Origin: Gemmatales bacterium
Lineage (GTDB): Bacteria; Planctomycetota; Planctomycetia; Gemmatales; HRBIN36
Length of the DNA stretch: 64,000 nucleotides
NCBI GenBank assembly: GCA_041640595.1
Contig: JBEPZY010000004.1
Coordinates: 162,373-226,372 of the forward strand
Reading direction: 5' to 3'
Translations under genes and position numbers: made by a program
The notes under the pieces: generated by a model
What the model was told of the DNA's origin: nothing
What the model saw: the letters and a program-made list of their open reading frames with translations, nothing else
Databases searched by the model: none
Shown here: positions 63,826 through 64,000 of the stretch, piece by piece
Position numbering within the stretch: the stretch's first letter is position 1
Layout of the letters: each line of letters opens with the position of its first letter

Positions 63826-64000
63826 TATGTTTGGATTACCCGGAAAATCTGCAGCGGCGCAACGGCATGGCTTTCGATTGCAGTGCCATCTCCTTCCAAA
63901 GCCGAGATGGTTCGCCGAGGTGGCCCGTTGTGATCGTATTCGTAGATTCTCGAATGGGCTACTTGCAAATCGTTGGCAGGGCCGTGTTCGAGAGTTACGA
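63826..64000 (-). CDS. Probable 3' end of an upstream gene (frame ambiguous)
   Basis: Two minus frames are open to the window edge and stop just before the lipoprotein RBS. Confidence 0.3.

Larger units (their letters stand above)
37415..64000. other. Low-GC polymorphic-toxin/immunity cassette island
   Basis: Visible drop in GC, no REP clusters, repeated Ig-like arms with distinct enzymatic C-termini each followed by signal-peptide genes, several pseudogenes. Confidence 0.8.

Overview
Bacterial chromosome fragment, most likely Planctomycetota (Gemmatales-like), judged from the DUF1501 and PSCyt2/PSD1 (DUF1549/DUF1553) genes. The left part (1 to about 37 kb) is GC-rich backbone: Uma2, DUF1501, gpsA, clpC, a TolC/HlyD/ABC efflux operon, a sigma-70 factor, rpsA and an M20 amidohydrolase. 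Its intergenic space holds about 65 REP-like hairpins in clusters. The right part (about 37.4-64 kb) is a visibly lower-GC polymorphic-toxin-like island. There, 5'-truncated cassettes carry near-identical Ig-like (Big_9/cadherin-like) repeats fused to different enzyme tips (Zn-metalloprotease, alpha/beta-hydrolase, transglutaminase-like), and an arm-less NC/papain-like fragment is also present. Each tip is followed by exported putative immunity genes. A 5.0-kb tyrosine-integrase element with a split integrase and a tRNA-mimic attP is inserted in this island. Most unusual: more than 12 unrelated loci show 'direct repeat (28-39 bp) + unique spacer (30-40 bp) + repeat' units with periods of 66-69 or 73-75 bp. 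At 46.1-46.6 kb the repeat is demonstrably duplicated coding sequence, the geometry expected from off-target CRISPR-type spacer integration; I recognise no cas gene in the window. There is also a recent clpC promoter + N-domain duplication fused to a different AAA ATPase. All family calls come from reading motifs by eye; no database searches were run.
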